From Takakia lepidozioides (Eukaryota > Plantae > Bryophyta): a stretch of DNA of 64,000 nt. The translations under genes were made by a program, and so were the position numbers. The stretch spans positions 5,084,001 through 5,148,000 of the forward strand of contig CM060734.1 of the NCBI GenBank assembly GCA_030704615.1. The letters run 5' to 3'. Below, in pieces: positions 14,830 through 27,084 of this stretch. Within the stretch, counting starts at the first letter, position 1. Every line of letters starts with the position of its first letter. The notes beneath the pieces were generated by a model. It saw only the letters and a program-made list of their open reading frames with translations. It did no database searches and was not told where the DNA came from.

Positions 14830-16849
14830 TGCCATTTTCCAGTTTTCTTTACTATGATGTACTAACACCTTTAATGGCTTTTGCAGAGGTCTAGGACAGC
14901 CATGGGGTATCAGCCCCCTATACCTCCATAACAATAGTGTGGAGCAACAAATCCCTCATAAGGTATGATGATCCTCTCCAACAAAAATTTGTTGGCGGAT
15001 TGGACAACGAGAGAAAGACATTGCTGATATTACTTGAAGAACATCTAAGGGTTTCTTGCATACTGATAGTATGAGCTAGGCCCGGGTAAAACAGCCTGTT
15101 AGAGTATGTGTGTACACCTTCTACATGATCCGGTCGATGCACATTACTCCTGTTAACTGGTAACCTGTAGTTGATGCCTTATGTCAGCATCAGATCCCTT
15201 GTGATGAAAAGCCTTCCCTACTCGTGGGCTTTAATACTTCTCCTGGATGTGGGTTTGCTCTTTATAGCACCACTAAAAAAATGCGCAGGTGTAACATGAT
15301 ATGTCCTTTTTCATACCTTAAGGAAATCTGGTTTTTAAACCATAAAGCTGGCTGATATGGTGAAAAGATGGGCAGCACATTGCTGCCAATGTTCTTATTC
15401 ACATGTTCATGTTGTGAATCACGGGCACTGCCACTGGCCGAAGAACACAAGTTCTTATTCATACCTTTGGAAAAACGGTTCTAACCATAAAGTTGGCTGA
15501 TATGGTGGAAAAATGTGCAGTAATTTACTGCCATCGGTTGAAGAACACCTGTAATTTCTGAACTCTTGCATGCCCAGCTATATGAATGTTTTGTCCATAT
15601 TTTCTCTTGACTTGGGAAGCAGAGACTGTAGCTTTTTAACCGAAGATAAAACTACATGGCACGGAGATCCTTCCTTGGTCTCTACTTCTTTACAAGAGCT
15701 CGTTGACAAGATAAGAGGTAACATGGAAAACGCATGACTCTATATTCTTGCCAAGTTTGATTTATGCTATGCCAATGTTCACTCGTGATCTGAGGGCAGA
15801 GAGAATGTAGACCTTTTATCTTTTTGGTATTCAAGTCCAAGGATAGAACTACATTGTAGAGGGAGAGCCTTATGAGAATGGGTCTGGTATGCACTCCCTT
15901 ACGGGGTGAGTGCATACCACACTCACTCCATAAGAGACTGCCATACCAAGGGTTGGATGGTGGGCGCCCCCTCTCTCCCTCTCTCCAATTATCTGTTTGG
16001 GATTAACAATTTTTTCCCTAAGCCTACCTGGTTTGGAAATACCTTCTTTCTAATCCCTAATGGAATATGTCTTGAATTTCATCCATACCGGATGAAAAAA
16101 TGCCAGGTATAATCCCTAACTGGATGAATTATTGTCTTGAGCTTTACCACTAAGGATGTAGCCTGCAATTTTTCATCCATGACGGATTACATCCATCCTG
16201 GATGTTACCCTAACGGATGCAACTCTAATGAAGTGCAAAATTTCATCCCAGTGGATGAAATCACGGGATGGTTTGCTAACCGCCTCTCTGCCCTAAGCAC
16301 GGCACGATACTCGTGCTTGTTTTCTTTGGAGGATGGCGATGGCGGCTGAGCTGAGTGCTCGAGCATCACGATGCGCGTGCATTTTGTTTTTTCTTGCGCG
16401 ATGGCGGCAGGCTCTTCCATTTCCCGCACTGGCAAATGACCTACTGTTGTGTTTGCCTGCAATCTTTCTTATTCATGAAGCAGCGGCGCTCATAAGGTGA
16501 TGGGGGAAGTATGATGCACTTTGTAAATATGCACTTTGTCCTCAAGTATCCCAATTTGTTGCATTCTGCTGTGATCTCTTGAGATTCAGGTGTTGAATGC
16601 CGCAGCGTCCCACTCCACAAACGATCAAAGTTCTCTGTGGTGTCGCATCTATGTTTTACTTTTGATCAATTTGCTCACTGTAGAATGCATGTTGGACATG
16701 GATAGCAACTGTGAAGACCTGCTACTCACCTCGTGCATCCTCACTAACACACATCTTGATGTGGTGGTTCTTGGGACGGGCACGGGTGAGGGTCTTCACT
16801 CGATGTGTATTTTTTCAGTTTGCAGATGATCAAAGGACTTGGCGATGGT
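10774..16849. repeat. Tandem array B, ~2300-bp unit, about 2.6 near-identical copies
   Basis: CACATTGCTGCCAATG recurs at 10773, 13071 and 15376. Copies differ mainly in (CT)n length. The array ends at ...GGCGATGGT (16849). Confidence 0.98.
12483..12521. repeat. (CT)19 microsatellite in array B; (CT)23 in the next copy at 14780-14826
   Basis: Direct reading. Absent from the homologous position of array A. Confidence 0.95.
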
Positions 16850-16929
16850 GATGATTGACGCTACATACTGCTTCAGTGGGGCATCCGATACGATTCAGCC
16901 TCTCAACCTTAATCCTTTTTGGTTTTTAT

Positions 16930-17055
16930 GGGTTGTAACCTGATTATAAGTCAGTTTTCTGGTATGATACCAGTCTGAACTTTGGCACCATATTAGTGGG
17001 GTTTTCAACCTGATTGTAAATCAGTTTTCTGGCATGATACCAGTCTGAGCTTCGG
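16930..17055. repeat. Two-copy ~70-bp imperfect tandem duplication
   Basis: AACCTGATTATAAGTCAGTTTTCTGGTATGATACCAGTCTGAAC versus AACCTGATTGTAAATCAGTTTTCTGGCATGATACCAGTCTGAGC. Confidence 0.85.
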
Positions 17056-17169
17056 CTGCATTTTGATATGGCGCTGGAGTACCATCTCCAGACCTTATAA
17101 GGCTATCCAATGATGCTTAAGATAGGCCTTCTCATGCTGATTTAACACGGTAAGTACCAAGCGGTACTT

Positions 17170-17870
17170 TTGTATGAGAACATACTTACAAGATTTGGCT
17201 GTCCCCTGGAATTTATCAGTGACCTGGGAAGTCACTTCATTAATGAGACCATAGAATTATTGACTAAAGAGTTCATGATTGTACACAAGAAGAGTACAAC
17301 CTATTACCCACAGGGTAATGGGCAGGCAGCGGCCACCAACAAAATACTGTGCATTATTTTGGCTAAGATAGTCAATGCAAACAGAATGGATTGGGATACA
17401 AAGCTGCTGACAGCTTTGTGGTTATACCGGACTTCATATAAAGTCACCACTAAGTATACACCATTCCAATTAGTTTATGGTATGGAAGCTTTACTTCAAG
17501 TGGAATTCTTGTTACCTACCATGAGAACTGAATGGGGAAGGAGAATGGAATTGGAGGATTCAATTAAAGTCAGCAAACATGAGTTATATCATGTGAAAGA
17601 AGTATGTGCTAATGCAGCAGATAACATGACCAGAATTCAGATGAAGATGAAAGATCAATTTGATGAAGGTAAATTGAAAACTTTTAAGACGAGTGATTTG
17701 GTTCCGTGGTTGCAGAAGAAGGGAAAGATTAAAGCTTCTAAGCTTAAGTCACCATGGAAAGGACCTTATGTCATACAGAAGATGTATGATAACAACACAG
17801 CCATGTTACAAACCATTAACAAAGAGATGCTTGGAAGAGTTAATGCCAATAAGTTGAAGGGATACAGTGA
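17170..17870 (+). pseudogene. Retrotransposon integrase core plus GPY/F C-terminal region, inactive
   Basis: Second Asp present (ISD). The Glu of GQAE is Ala (GCG at 17329-17331). The N-terminal zinc finger and first Asp are absent. No chromodomain. Confidence 0.93.
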
Positions 17871-18699
17871 TATCCATGATAAACCATTGCAGCATGATTT
17901 GCATATTGAAACACAGAAGCAGTCACGGACTACACCGGTAATACCAACGGAGCATGAGGCACTTGTCGTAAAGCCAAATGTGTATGGCCTGAGCGTTGAA
18001 CATGGGTGTTCACATAGTCATCATAGGCCACCACAGTATGACACAGCCTATCATAGCCCATCACAACATCACACAGCCTATCACAGCTCGTCAGAGTTTG
18101 ACACAGCCCGTCATAGCCCAACACAGCCCACGCGGGTTGCACAGTCCATAGGATCAGTGACAGGTGGACGCGGGTTAACGTCAGAAGAGTGGCCGGTAAG
18201 TGTAAGGTCAGCTTGGGAGTCAAACTCGGAGAAAAAGCCACGCGGACAGAGGGCGACGGAAGAGTGTTTGAATTCGAACACGTGGCCTAAGGGGCAAAGC
18301 GCTCCGCATTGCATGAACTGCAATATCGGGTGTCATCATGCAAAAAAACAAACTGGGCCGTCGAAGTACCTACCCGGTACAGCAGCCGAAACTAATTGCG
18401 GGCCCATTAATGCATCCAGGAAACAGGTAACGGAACTCTTTACACGTACAGCAAAGGGGGACCTTTGCCACATGTGCTGTCCTAGTGGACATTCCAGGTG
18501 GGAATGTGAGCAAATGGGGATAAAATTAAGAAGTTACCCAAGGAGGCAACAGCCAATCGGGAGCGAGAATTTCATGCAGGTGGTTCCCTCCAAGAAACAA
18601 GAACAAGAAATTAGAAGAGTTATGAGCGGAAGAGTCGGGGTGGCTCCGAATAACCAGCGTCTTGACGGGAGGGGCAATCAAAGCTATAGTTTTGTAGCT

Positions 18700-21600
18700 A
18701 TGGCGGATATTACAGACTATACGCTAGCTTTACTTCTCACGCAGTGGCGCAAGGACGGACGGGTTGAAAGGACATTCTCTCTCATCCACTATCTGCAAGC
18801 CCCGCAGGCTTACATGCACTTACCCGTTCCTTTCTGTGCCAACCATACCTTTATGCTCTATGCCCTGCAAGCTTTCCTACAGCTATTCCAAACAAGGCCT
18901 TCTTGTCTGTCTGGGATGAAGAGAATTAGGGGAATGGAGGATATCAGGGTGAAGAGCACCACGATTCTGCAGAAGCAAACAATTGCTACACCACGGGCAG
19001 TGCAGCTGCTGAAGGAGTTGCGATTGGAAGGGCTGCTACGCAAAGAATGGTCCTTGCATCATCGGAAGTACAAGATTCCATTCATTCAGAACTTTGAGCC
19101 CCGGACAGGAGTTACACAAGTGAGAGGAGTAGATATAGAGATTACACCCCAATACTTGCAACAACTGTTTGAATTACCATTGGGCCGTGTGAATGTGGTT
19201 GAGCACAGGGCAAGATTGCAAATAGGGAATTTGTTCCAAGAAGCGAGTTTCTTTAAGACTCAAGGATACACCTGCACCAAGGCCGAGTACCCAGGGTTAA
19301 GGGAAGTTGGCCAAATACTGAACGTTCTGTTTGCCATGAAGCAGAACCAACAGTACCTTAGCAGATCATTCACGGAGGAGATACTGAAAGTCTTGAGGGG
19401 AGAGGATGTGGCTTGGGCGGAGTTGATGTACAATGGTCTGGTGGAAGAGATGAAGCGGTTACAGGGCACTGCTGCTAAGTCTCCGATCATTGTGTCTGGC
19501 CCAATAATTGCTCAAATTATTCTTGACTCTTGCTTGCTTGATGCGCGTGAATGCAAGGAGATGGGAGTGTTTGAGACAGCAACCACTGCAATTGAGGCGC
19601 ATGGCTCTTCACACGGTGAAGGAGGATTGGAGGGGCAACATCAGTCCAAGAGGCAGAAGCGGGATACGACCGTAGTGGCAGATTCATTAGCGATAAGAAA
19701 ACCACAAGATGATGTTTCCATAGCGCTTGTGCAGGATGAGGAGCACCAGCACGGGGGGTTGTTATTGCTGGAAGCACGGCCTTTGGAGAGGGAGGAAGAA
19801 GTCACCTCAGTACCACAGCCACCACAGCCAGTTGACTCAGTTGTCCCAGGGGTAACTCAGATAGTACATGTTGTTACACCAGAGCCTATTGCTGTGGAAG
19901 GAGAAGGGTTAGACATCCTCACTACAGAGCAGGTAGTGGCAGAAATTGAGAAGGGTGACCTTCTCTATGAAAACTCTGGCTTGGTCAGGGAACCAATGGT
20001 ACCAAAGATGCAGAGTTTGACTAAGGAAATCCCTGCTATGCATGTGATGCCCAAACCTGTGGATGAGGTTCCAGGGGTAGAATGTAAGGGCACTGCAGCA
20101 CCTGTGGAGAATGAGGTCGTTCAGGAAGAAGGTCTTGTGGGATCATGGCCTGAATGGTTGGTGAAACATCACACTATGGAGAATCATGGGGACCATCAAC
20201 AAGTTTCCCATGAAGACCCACAGCAGGCCATGCTAATGAGTTCCATAAGCAGGACACTCAATTTGTTGGGCACTTATGTGAAATCCCATGTTCCAACCAC
20301 ACAATTGGCAGCTTTGAGGGTGGAACTCAAGCAGAAGTTTGAGGCTAGAATTACCACTGAGTGTGCAAACAAGGTGGATGTGGAGGCCAACCTCAAGTTG
20401 CAGAAAGAATTGGAGGACACGAAGGCTGCCCTGTAGCTAGCAAAGGGGAATCTGATTGAAGGGGGTCTGGAGCAGGAGAAATTGCATGAAGTACATAAGC
20501 AACAGCTATACCAGTTGCAGGTGAAGCATGAGGGAAAATTGCAGGAAGTGAAGGTGCTTCATACAGAGTTGGAGGCAGTTCATCAAAAAATAACCATCCA
20601 ATGTGCCACACTAACAACTGCTCTACAACAAACTGCATTAGAAGTTAACAGACAAGCAGAGAGGTGTATGATGGTGGAGGCTGAGACAGTGGAGCAAGGG
20701 AAACTCATTGCTAATTTGAAGGCTATTATCCGTCGCAATGAGGATACCTTCCAGCAATATAGTCGGATTGAGGCTGAGAAGGAAAGATACATCCTGGAGT
20801 TGTAGCAAACACTCACTGGCCAAAAGAATGAACTCTCTGTGGCTAACAAGGCTTGAAAGGAAGCCAATAATCTGACTACTGCCTATGCAGCCCTGGTTGA
20901 ACCTCGTGCAAAGCGCATGCAGGCTTTACAACAACAGTTAGATATGTACAGACTCAAGGAGGAGCAGGCTCTCGGGGGTGCTACACATGACTTGGTGGAT
21001 AATCATCTTATGCAAGTATGGTTAACACAAGGGCCGGTGGAAGGGAAGGCACCAAGAAAGCTCACCCAGGGGGAGATGAATGATCTCAGGTTGCAGGTGC
21101 AGAACATTGCCACAACTACTATAGACAATGTCTATAGTAGGATAGCGGAGTTACAGGATGATGTGGAAGGGCTGCAGACTCAAGTGGATGACTTGAGTTC
21201 CAACATTGACAAAAGAGTCTTTGTTCCTGAGGAGCAGCTGGTGGCTACTTATTTGCATGCCAGGACTCTGATTTTTCAGTCTTCATCACATGAGGTGCAG
21301 GAGTTGCCAACAATAGGCGGGACAGTGGCGGCAATATCACAGCCCCCACAGCAGGTGGCTGACACTGTTGATACTATGGCAATGCCACAGTCTGAGGTTT
21401 GGGGGGATGCTCCTCTTAACCCACCTAGGACTCTTGCTGCACTTGAGTACAATCGGGCTATGATAATGCCCTTCAACCAAATTCCCATTGTGATGGATTT
21501 GGCTTGGAAGGAATTCAGTCCTCCACAGTCTTTGACACATTATTACCAGATCATGCGCATTTGGTTGCCAGTGGCAACTCGGACTAAGGTTCTTCCGAAC

Positions 21601-22462
21601 AACTGACCCATTGAGGATCATCATTTTGCAAGGTACTGGTCTGAGGCAGGCACCATGTTGAAGGAATTAATTGTCTTCCAGGTTGTTCATGGATACATCT
21701 ACCAAGGAGGTATCTAGTTTGGTCATGGGCTGTGGATTATACTATGCTGCTTGTTTCATTGCACGTTATCATATTGAGCAGCAGAAGATGCAGTAAAGAT
21801 TTCTGAGTTATTTCAGTGGAGATTATTGGGTCTTACCTTCAGTTCCACCCCATATGTATCTGTATGATGTGAAAGTCATGTTGCAGAAGGATTCCCAACT
21901 TCGTTCATGGTTTAATTTGGCTTGGAACAACTTGGCCAAAGAAAAATTGGGCCCTGACGATATTTTTTATAAGGGACATGAAGCCTGGAAATACTTACAC
22001 TGTTCCAAAGTCATTGGCACACCTCTCACCTATACGGACAAGGAATTCAGGGAGTACAATCATTTTGCTTGCAAGCGATTGATGCAAGTAGTACAGTTTA
22101 AGCTTCCGGACATGGTGGGCCAACACTGTATGCCACGCAGGATTCCTGAGACGCCTAAGAAGATCAGACCACCGAAAAGCTGCCGGGGTGAAAATGATTC
22201 TGATACTACTGGTTCAGTGGAGGGCGATTTTGACATGGCTGAGGAATATGAATTAGCAATGGCGGACAAAAGACGACGGGGATCTCCTATACCACAACAT
22301 TTACCTCTTTCTCAAACTAACGTTGGGTTGGCAGTTCCAGCTAGTCGACACTTATCTCCATCAGCCAGTGACAGGGCTCGGGCTCACACACAGAGCCCTC
22401 CAAAGGACTCTCACCGACAGAAGGGTGCTCGTTCACAAAGGTTTGCTGATCCTAAACAGTAA
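18700..22462 (+). pseudogene. Retroelement accessory ORF (plant-transposon/Transposase_32-like domain, acidic linker, coiled coil, unknown C-terminal domain), interrupted
   Basis: ORFs starting at 17170, 20482 and 20917 share one frame, separated by single TAG/TGA codons. One frameshift near 21700 links to ORF 21854-22462. The pattern FIQNF..VRGVDIEITPQYLQQLFELP..GEDVAWAELM..GPIIAQII resembles extra ORFs of plant Gypsy elements. Heptad-rich stretch ~20300-21210. Confidence 0.8.
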
Positions 22463-22483
22463 ACCGTGAGAACACGACTTTTT

Positions 22484-22497
22484 GAGAGGGGGAGGGG
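22484..22497 (+). other. Polypurine tract (PPT)
   Basis: GAGAGGGGGAGGGG lies 3 nt before TGTTAG and shortly after the final stop codon. Confidence 0.85.
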
Positions 22498-22500
22498 TAA

Positions 22501-24231
22501 TGTTAGAGGGCTATCTGACACTTAGACAGTGTTACGGGTTCTGTGGGGTACACTTAGACAGTTTTACGGGTTCTGTGGGGTACCCTTAATTTTTGCGTAG
22601 ACTTACGATGGTAGACTTAGACCAACACAGGCTTAGGGGGTGGTACACAAGGTTATACAGCCTGAGACAGCCTTACACAGTCTGTCACAGTCAATCACAG
22701 CCTTACATAGTCTGTCACAGTCAATCACAACCTTACATAGTCTGTCACAGTCAATCACAGTCTATCACAGTTAGTCACAGTCTATCACAGCCCGACACAA
22801 CTTTACACAGCCAGTCACAGCCGACACAGTCACAACGGGGACTCCTACCACATCGGGTGACACCGGGGGTGAGTCGGCCAAGCTTGCAAAGGTACAATTG
22901 TCGCACCTTGTTCCATGTTTTGTCATTTCCTTTGCACGCATGATTTTCTTTGTTGTTTGTTTCTTTTTTTGAATTTGGGGGGGTTATTCGTCTTTAGGAG
23001 GCAACAACATTCTTGGCCTCATTGGCGCAGTCCGGTGCGGTTGCCAATGAGGGAGAGCACATGGTGTTCATGAAGGACCCGAACACCAAAGGTAAGAAGA
23101 AGAGGCCTCGACCTCCCGAGGTCCCTTTTATCATCAATGAAGGGGCTGCCGAGGAGAGAGAGAGAGAGAAGGGAGAGGGAGAAGGAGAGAGAGGAAGTAA
23201 TGAGGAAGGGGAAGAAGATGATCGTGGAGAAGGGGAAGGAAAAGAAGAAGAAGAAGAAGAAGTCATGTGGAGACGAAATGGTGAGTGCATGTGCATGCGG
23301 GGGAGGGCAGTGGGGTAACAAAGGAGCAGGGGAAGGAGGTGTCGAGCGGCTTTTACTCACCCATCCCTTCGCTATCCGAGGTGGGAGCTCCAAGATAGAA
23401 GAGTTGGATATCTCTAAGCACTCAGCCCGCTTAGAACAATCAGTCATGACCTACAGCTAGTGTATCATGGTTGTGCTTCATGTTTGTATTTCTTCTTGCC
23501 TTCATGTTAGCAAATTACCTTACTGTGTATACTTAAGCATCAGTTTGCTTCAGTATCTATCAGGTTCCATTCACTCATCCATTCATTCCACAACTTCACT
23601 CAAGTCTCTCTACACAATGTGATTGTATCGAATAAGTATCAGATTAAGACTTATCGTATATTAGAAACCATGGTGTCCCTAGCTTGCTCTACGGTATATC
23701 ACTACAGTTTTGCATGTATCAAGCATCTACTGATCATCTCTCCTCCTTCACCGTGCTCTCCATCCTTGCTCCCGTTTCAGCTCTCCGCCTGATCTCCTCT
23801 CCTGAATGACCAAGAAGTGCTCTCCGGGAAGTGTCCTCCATGTCGCTGCTCTACTTAATTTATCTGCAAGCTGTTCTAACCGCCTAACTAACTAACTGTC
23901 ACCCAAGAGATAAGTACGTTCCCTCTGCAGATGTCGTTCCCACACAGTCATTCCCTGCCAATGATAACCGTTCCCTATGTACGTTGTGACGGGCTGTGCC
24001 AAGCTGTATCGGGCTGTGACTGTACCGAGCTGTGACTGGTCCCGCGCTATCCCCTCCCGGAGCGCCACTGGAAGTAGATTCCAGATGTGGAGCATAGCCG
24101 GCGGCGGCGCCCCGTAGTCCAGGCCCTTCTTTGATGACCGCTCAGGCTGAGGGGGCGGCGTCGTTGACCGGCTAGGCTCTCCACCGGCCCGTAGCTCCCT
24201 CCCCCCCCCCCCCCCCCCAAAATGCTCAACA
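22501..24231 (+). repeat. 3' LTR (right end uncertain: TCAACA at 24231 or CTAACA at 24331)
   Basis: Starts TGTT immediately after the PPT. Contains 32-bp and 30-bp tandem repeats and ends GC-rich/poly-C then AACA. No 5' LTR is available to confirm. Confidence 0.62.
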
Positions 24232-24978
24232 AGATCGAGGCCCTCACCCGGCTTGATATTCTAAATCTTCATCATGCATTCGTCTCTTGCCACTCTTTAA
24301 AAGATAGACAAATGCCCACACAAAGCTAACATGGCGCACGGTCAAGCATGTAGGTGTGGAAGGGATCCAAACACAAAAAATCAAAACAACAACTCTCCCA
24401 CATCAAAAATCACTCCATAGTGTCGCTCCTGCAAGGACACCCCAGCCCAAACCCGGACTGACTCTTGCCTCCACCTACGGAAAGGGGGCCTACAGAGAAG
24501 GTGGAAAGCTACGGGGAAGAGAGCTAAAGCAATGCCTAACCCCAGCATGCCCTCATCCCAACACAAACAAAACCAAGTGATCACAACTCCATCTTTACTT
24601 TCTTCCCGCTGATACAATGGTTTCGTCTCCCTCAAAACTCATCACATTTTCTCTCGCCAAACAAAGGTCCTTTTACCCTCTCCAGCTTCGCTTACATCCT
24701 TTTGTGGCCTTCATCACTTCACTGGACGGTGCGGGCCGGTGCCTCACTACTTTCCATACTATCCCCATGTGATCACCTAATCTCTTAATTTATTAGCAAG
24801 AGTGCGGGTATTCCTCCCCCTCTCAATCTTGCTTGGATACGACATGTCTATTTTTTTTAGTTTCCTCCCTTAATAAAAGTTGCCAACTACCACATCCATC
24901 TGTTGGATGAACTATGCTAGTGCTCATCCAACTAGATGTTGCATTTTCGTTCATCCCCCATCCCTCTAATATCCCTAA

Positions 24979-27084
24979 CTAGGGTAGCCTGTGCCGTTGG
25001 CCCAAGTGCAATCTCCTATGTATCCAAGTGCGTTTGCTATGTCCAAGTGCAATCTCCTATGTATCCAAGTACGTCTCCCACGTCCAGGCCCAAGTGGGAC
25101 CTCTAGGGTAGCCTCTGCCGTTGGCCCAAGTGTCCAATGTCATCTAAGTCCAAGTGCATCAATATATGAAGCAAGCCATATCTAATCATTTTTTTTCCCA
25201 CAGAGCCTACGACCAGATCATTTGAACCGGAGACCTTTCCCTTGATATCTCTCCTGTTGAGGCTCCAACCATTGTCCAAGAATGCCCACTTTGCATTTTT
25301 TCGTGAATTTCCAGCGACCCAAAGTACTTGAAATTCCACATCTCCCACACCGCAGGTCCAAAGATCGTGAGACCAACCCCGTGCACCCCTCCTCGTCGAG
25401 GGCTTTCCAACGGGACCAAGCACCAGCGCTGGGGCCTCGTGGTTTGGGACATCTCAACGCTACAAAACAAAACGAAACAAAACAAACAAACAACCGTCTC
25501 GCTTCATATATTGACCCTATGCCGTTGGCCAAGTGTCCAATGTCATCAAAGTCCAAATGCAATCCCCTATGTATCCAAGTGTGTCTCCTATGTGGAGGCC
25601 CAAATGCGACCTCTAGGATAGCCTCTGCGGTTGGCCCAAGTGTCAAGTGTCATCTAAGCCCAAGTGTAAGATCTTCTATGTATCCCAGTGCGTCTCCTAT
25701 GTCGAGGCCCATCTAAGCCCAAGTGCAATCTTCTATGTATCCAAGGGCATCTCCCATGTGCATCTCCTATGTTGAGGCCCATCTAAGCCAAGTGTGCAAT
25801 CTCCTATGTATACAAGTACGACTCCCATGTTAAGGCCCAATTTTTGCCTTTTCATGAATTTACTAGGGTAGCCTGTGCCGTTGGCCCAAGTGCAATCTCC
25901 TATGTATCCAAGTACGTCTCCCATGTCCAGGCCCACGTGCGACCTCTGGGTAGCCTCTGCCGTTAGCCCATGTGTGAAAAATTGAAATATAAGACCAAGT
26001 GCAATTTCCTATGTATCCTTGTGCGTCTCCTATGTCGAGGCCCATCTAAGCCCAAGTGCAATCTTCTATGTATCCAAGTGCATCTCCCATGTAGAGGCCC
26101 AAGTGTCCACTGTCATGTAAGCCCAAGTGCGATATATTCCTATGTATCCAAGTGCGTCTCCTATGTATCCAACGGCATCTCCCATGTGCGTCTGCTATGT
26201 CGAGGCCTATCTAAGCCCAATGTGCAATCTTCTATGTATCCAAGTACGTCTCCCATGTCAAGGCCCCATTTTTATTTTTTTTCGTGAATTTATTGAGTAG
26301 TAATATCCAATCATTATTGATATATCTCCCGTCTCTAGGGTAGCCTGTGCCATTGGCCCAAGTGTCCAATGTCATCTAAGTCCAAATGCATTTTTTTTCC
26401 ACATAGCCTACGACCAGATTTGAACCGGAGACCTTTCCCTTGATATCTCTCCTGTCGAGGCTCCAACCATTGTCCCAGGAATGCCCACTTTGCAATTTTT
26501 CGTGAATTTCCAGCGACCCAAAGTACTTGAAATTCCACATCTCCCACACCGCAGGTCCAAAACTCGTGAGACCAAGCCCGTGCACCCCTCCTCATCGAGG
26601 GCTTTCCAACGGTACCAAGCACCAGCGCCGGGGCCCGTGGTTTGGGACGTCTCAAATCTACAAAACAAAACAAACGTCTCGATTCATATATTGATTGATA
26701 TATCTCCCGTCTCTAGGGTAGCCTGTGCCATTGGCCCAAGTGTCTAATGTCATCTAAGTCCAAATGCATTTTTTTTTCCACATAGCCTACGACCAGATTT
26801 GAACCGGAGACCTTTCCCTTGATATCTCTCCTGTCGAGGCTCCAACCATTGTCCTAGGAATGCCCACTTTGCAAATTTTCGTGAATTTCCAGCGACCCAA
26901 ATTACTTGAAATTCCACATCTCCCTCACCGCATGTCCAAAAACCGTGAGACCAAGCCCGAGCACCCCTCCTCATCGAGGGCTTTCCAACGGGACCAAGCA
27001 CCAGCGCTGGGGCCTCGCGGTTTGGGACATCTCAACTCTACAAAACAAAACAAAACAAAACAAACGTCTCGATTCATATATTGA
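24979..27084 (-). mobile_element. Composite non-autonomous Helitron
   Basis: The minus strand begins A|TCAATATATGAA (27084) and ends with hairpin CTTGGGCC-AAC-GGCACAGG, then CTACC-CTAG|T (24979). AT target, no TSD. Internal ~380-410-bp units and a ~55-bp minisatellite. Confidence 0.8.

Larger units (their letters stand above)
17150..24231 (+). mobile_element. 5'-truncated Ty3/Gypsy (non-chromovirus) LTR retrotransposon with a long accessory ORF region
   Basis: Integrase core (TRFGCPLEFISDLGSHF...YYPQGNGQA...WKGPY), long downstream reading frame, polypurine tract, then TGTT...AACA-bounded 3' LTR. gag, PR, RT, RH and the integrase HHCC region are missing. Confidence 0.88.

Noticed and set aside
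20434-21800. In-frame stops as programmed readthrough or U-to-C editing sites
   Set aside because: Nuclear TE context. C>T decay of methylated DNA explains them, and copy 2 has its own independent stops.
24326-24347. CTAACA-TGGCGCACGG as LTR end plus PBS of a tandem element
   Set aside because: It does not match a plant tRNA 3' end I recognise and no gag-like sequence follows. Kept only as an alternative LTR end.
25660-26270. CRISPR-like repeat-spacer array
   Set aside because: Degenerate minisatellite without unique spacers, eukaryotic context, no cas genes.
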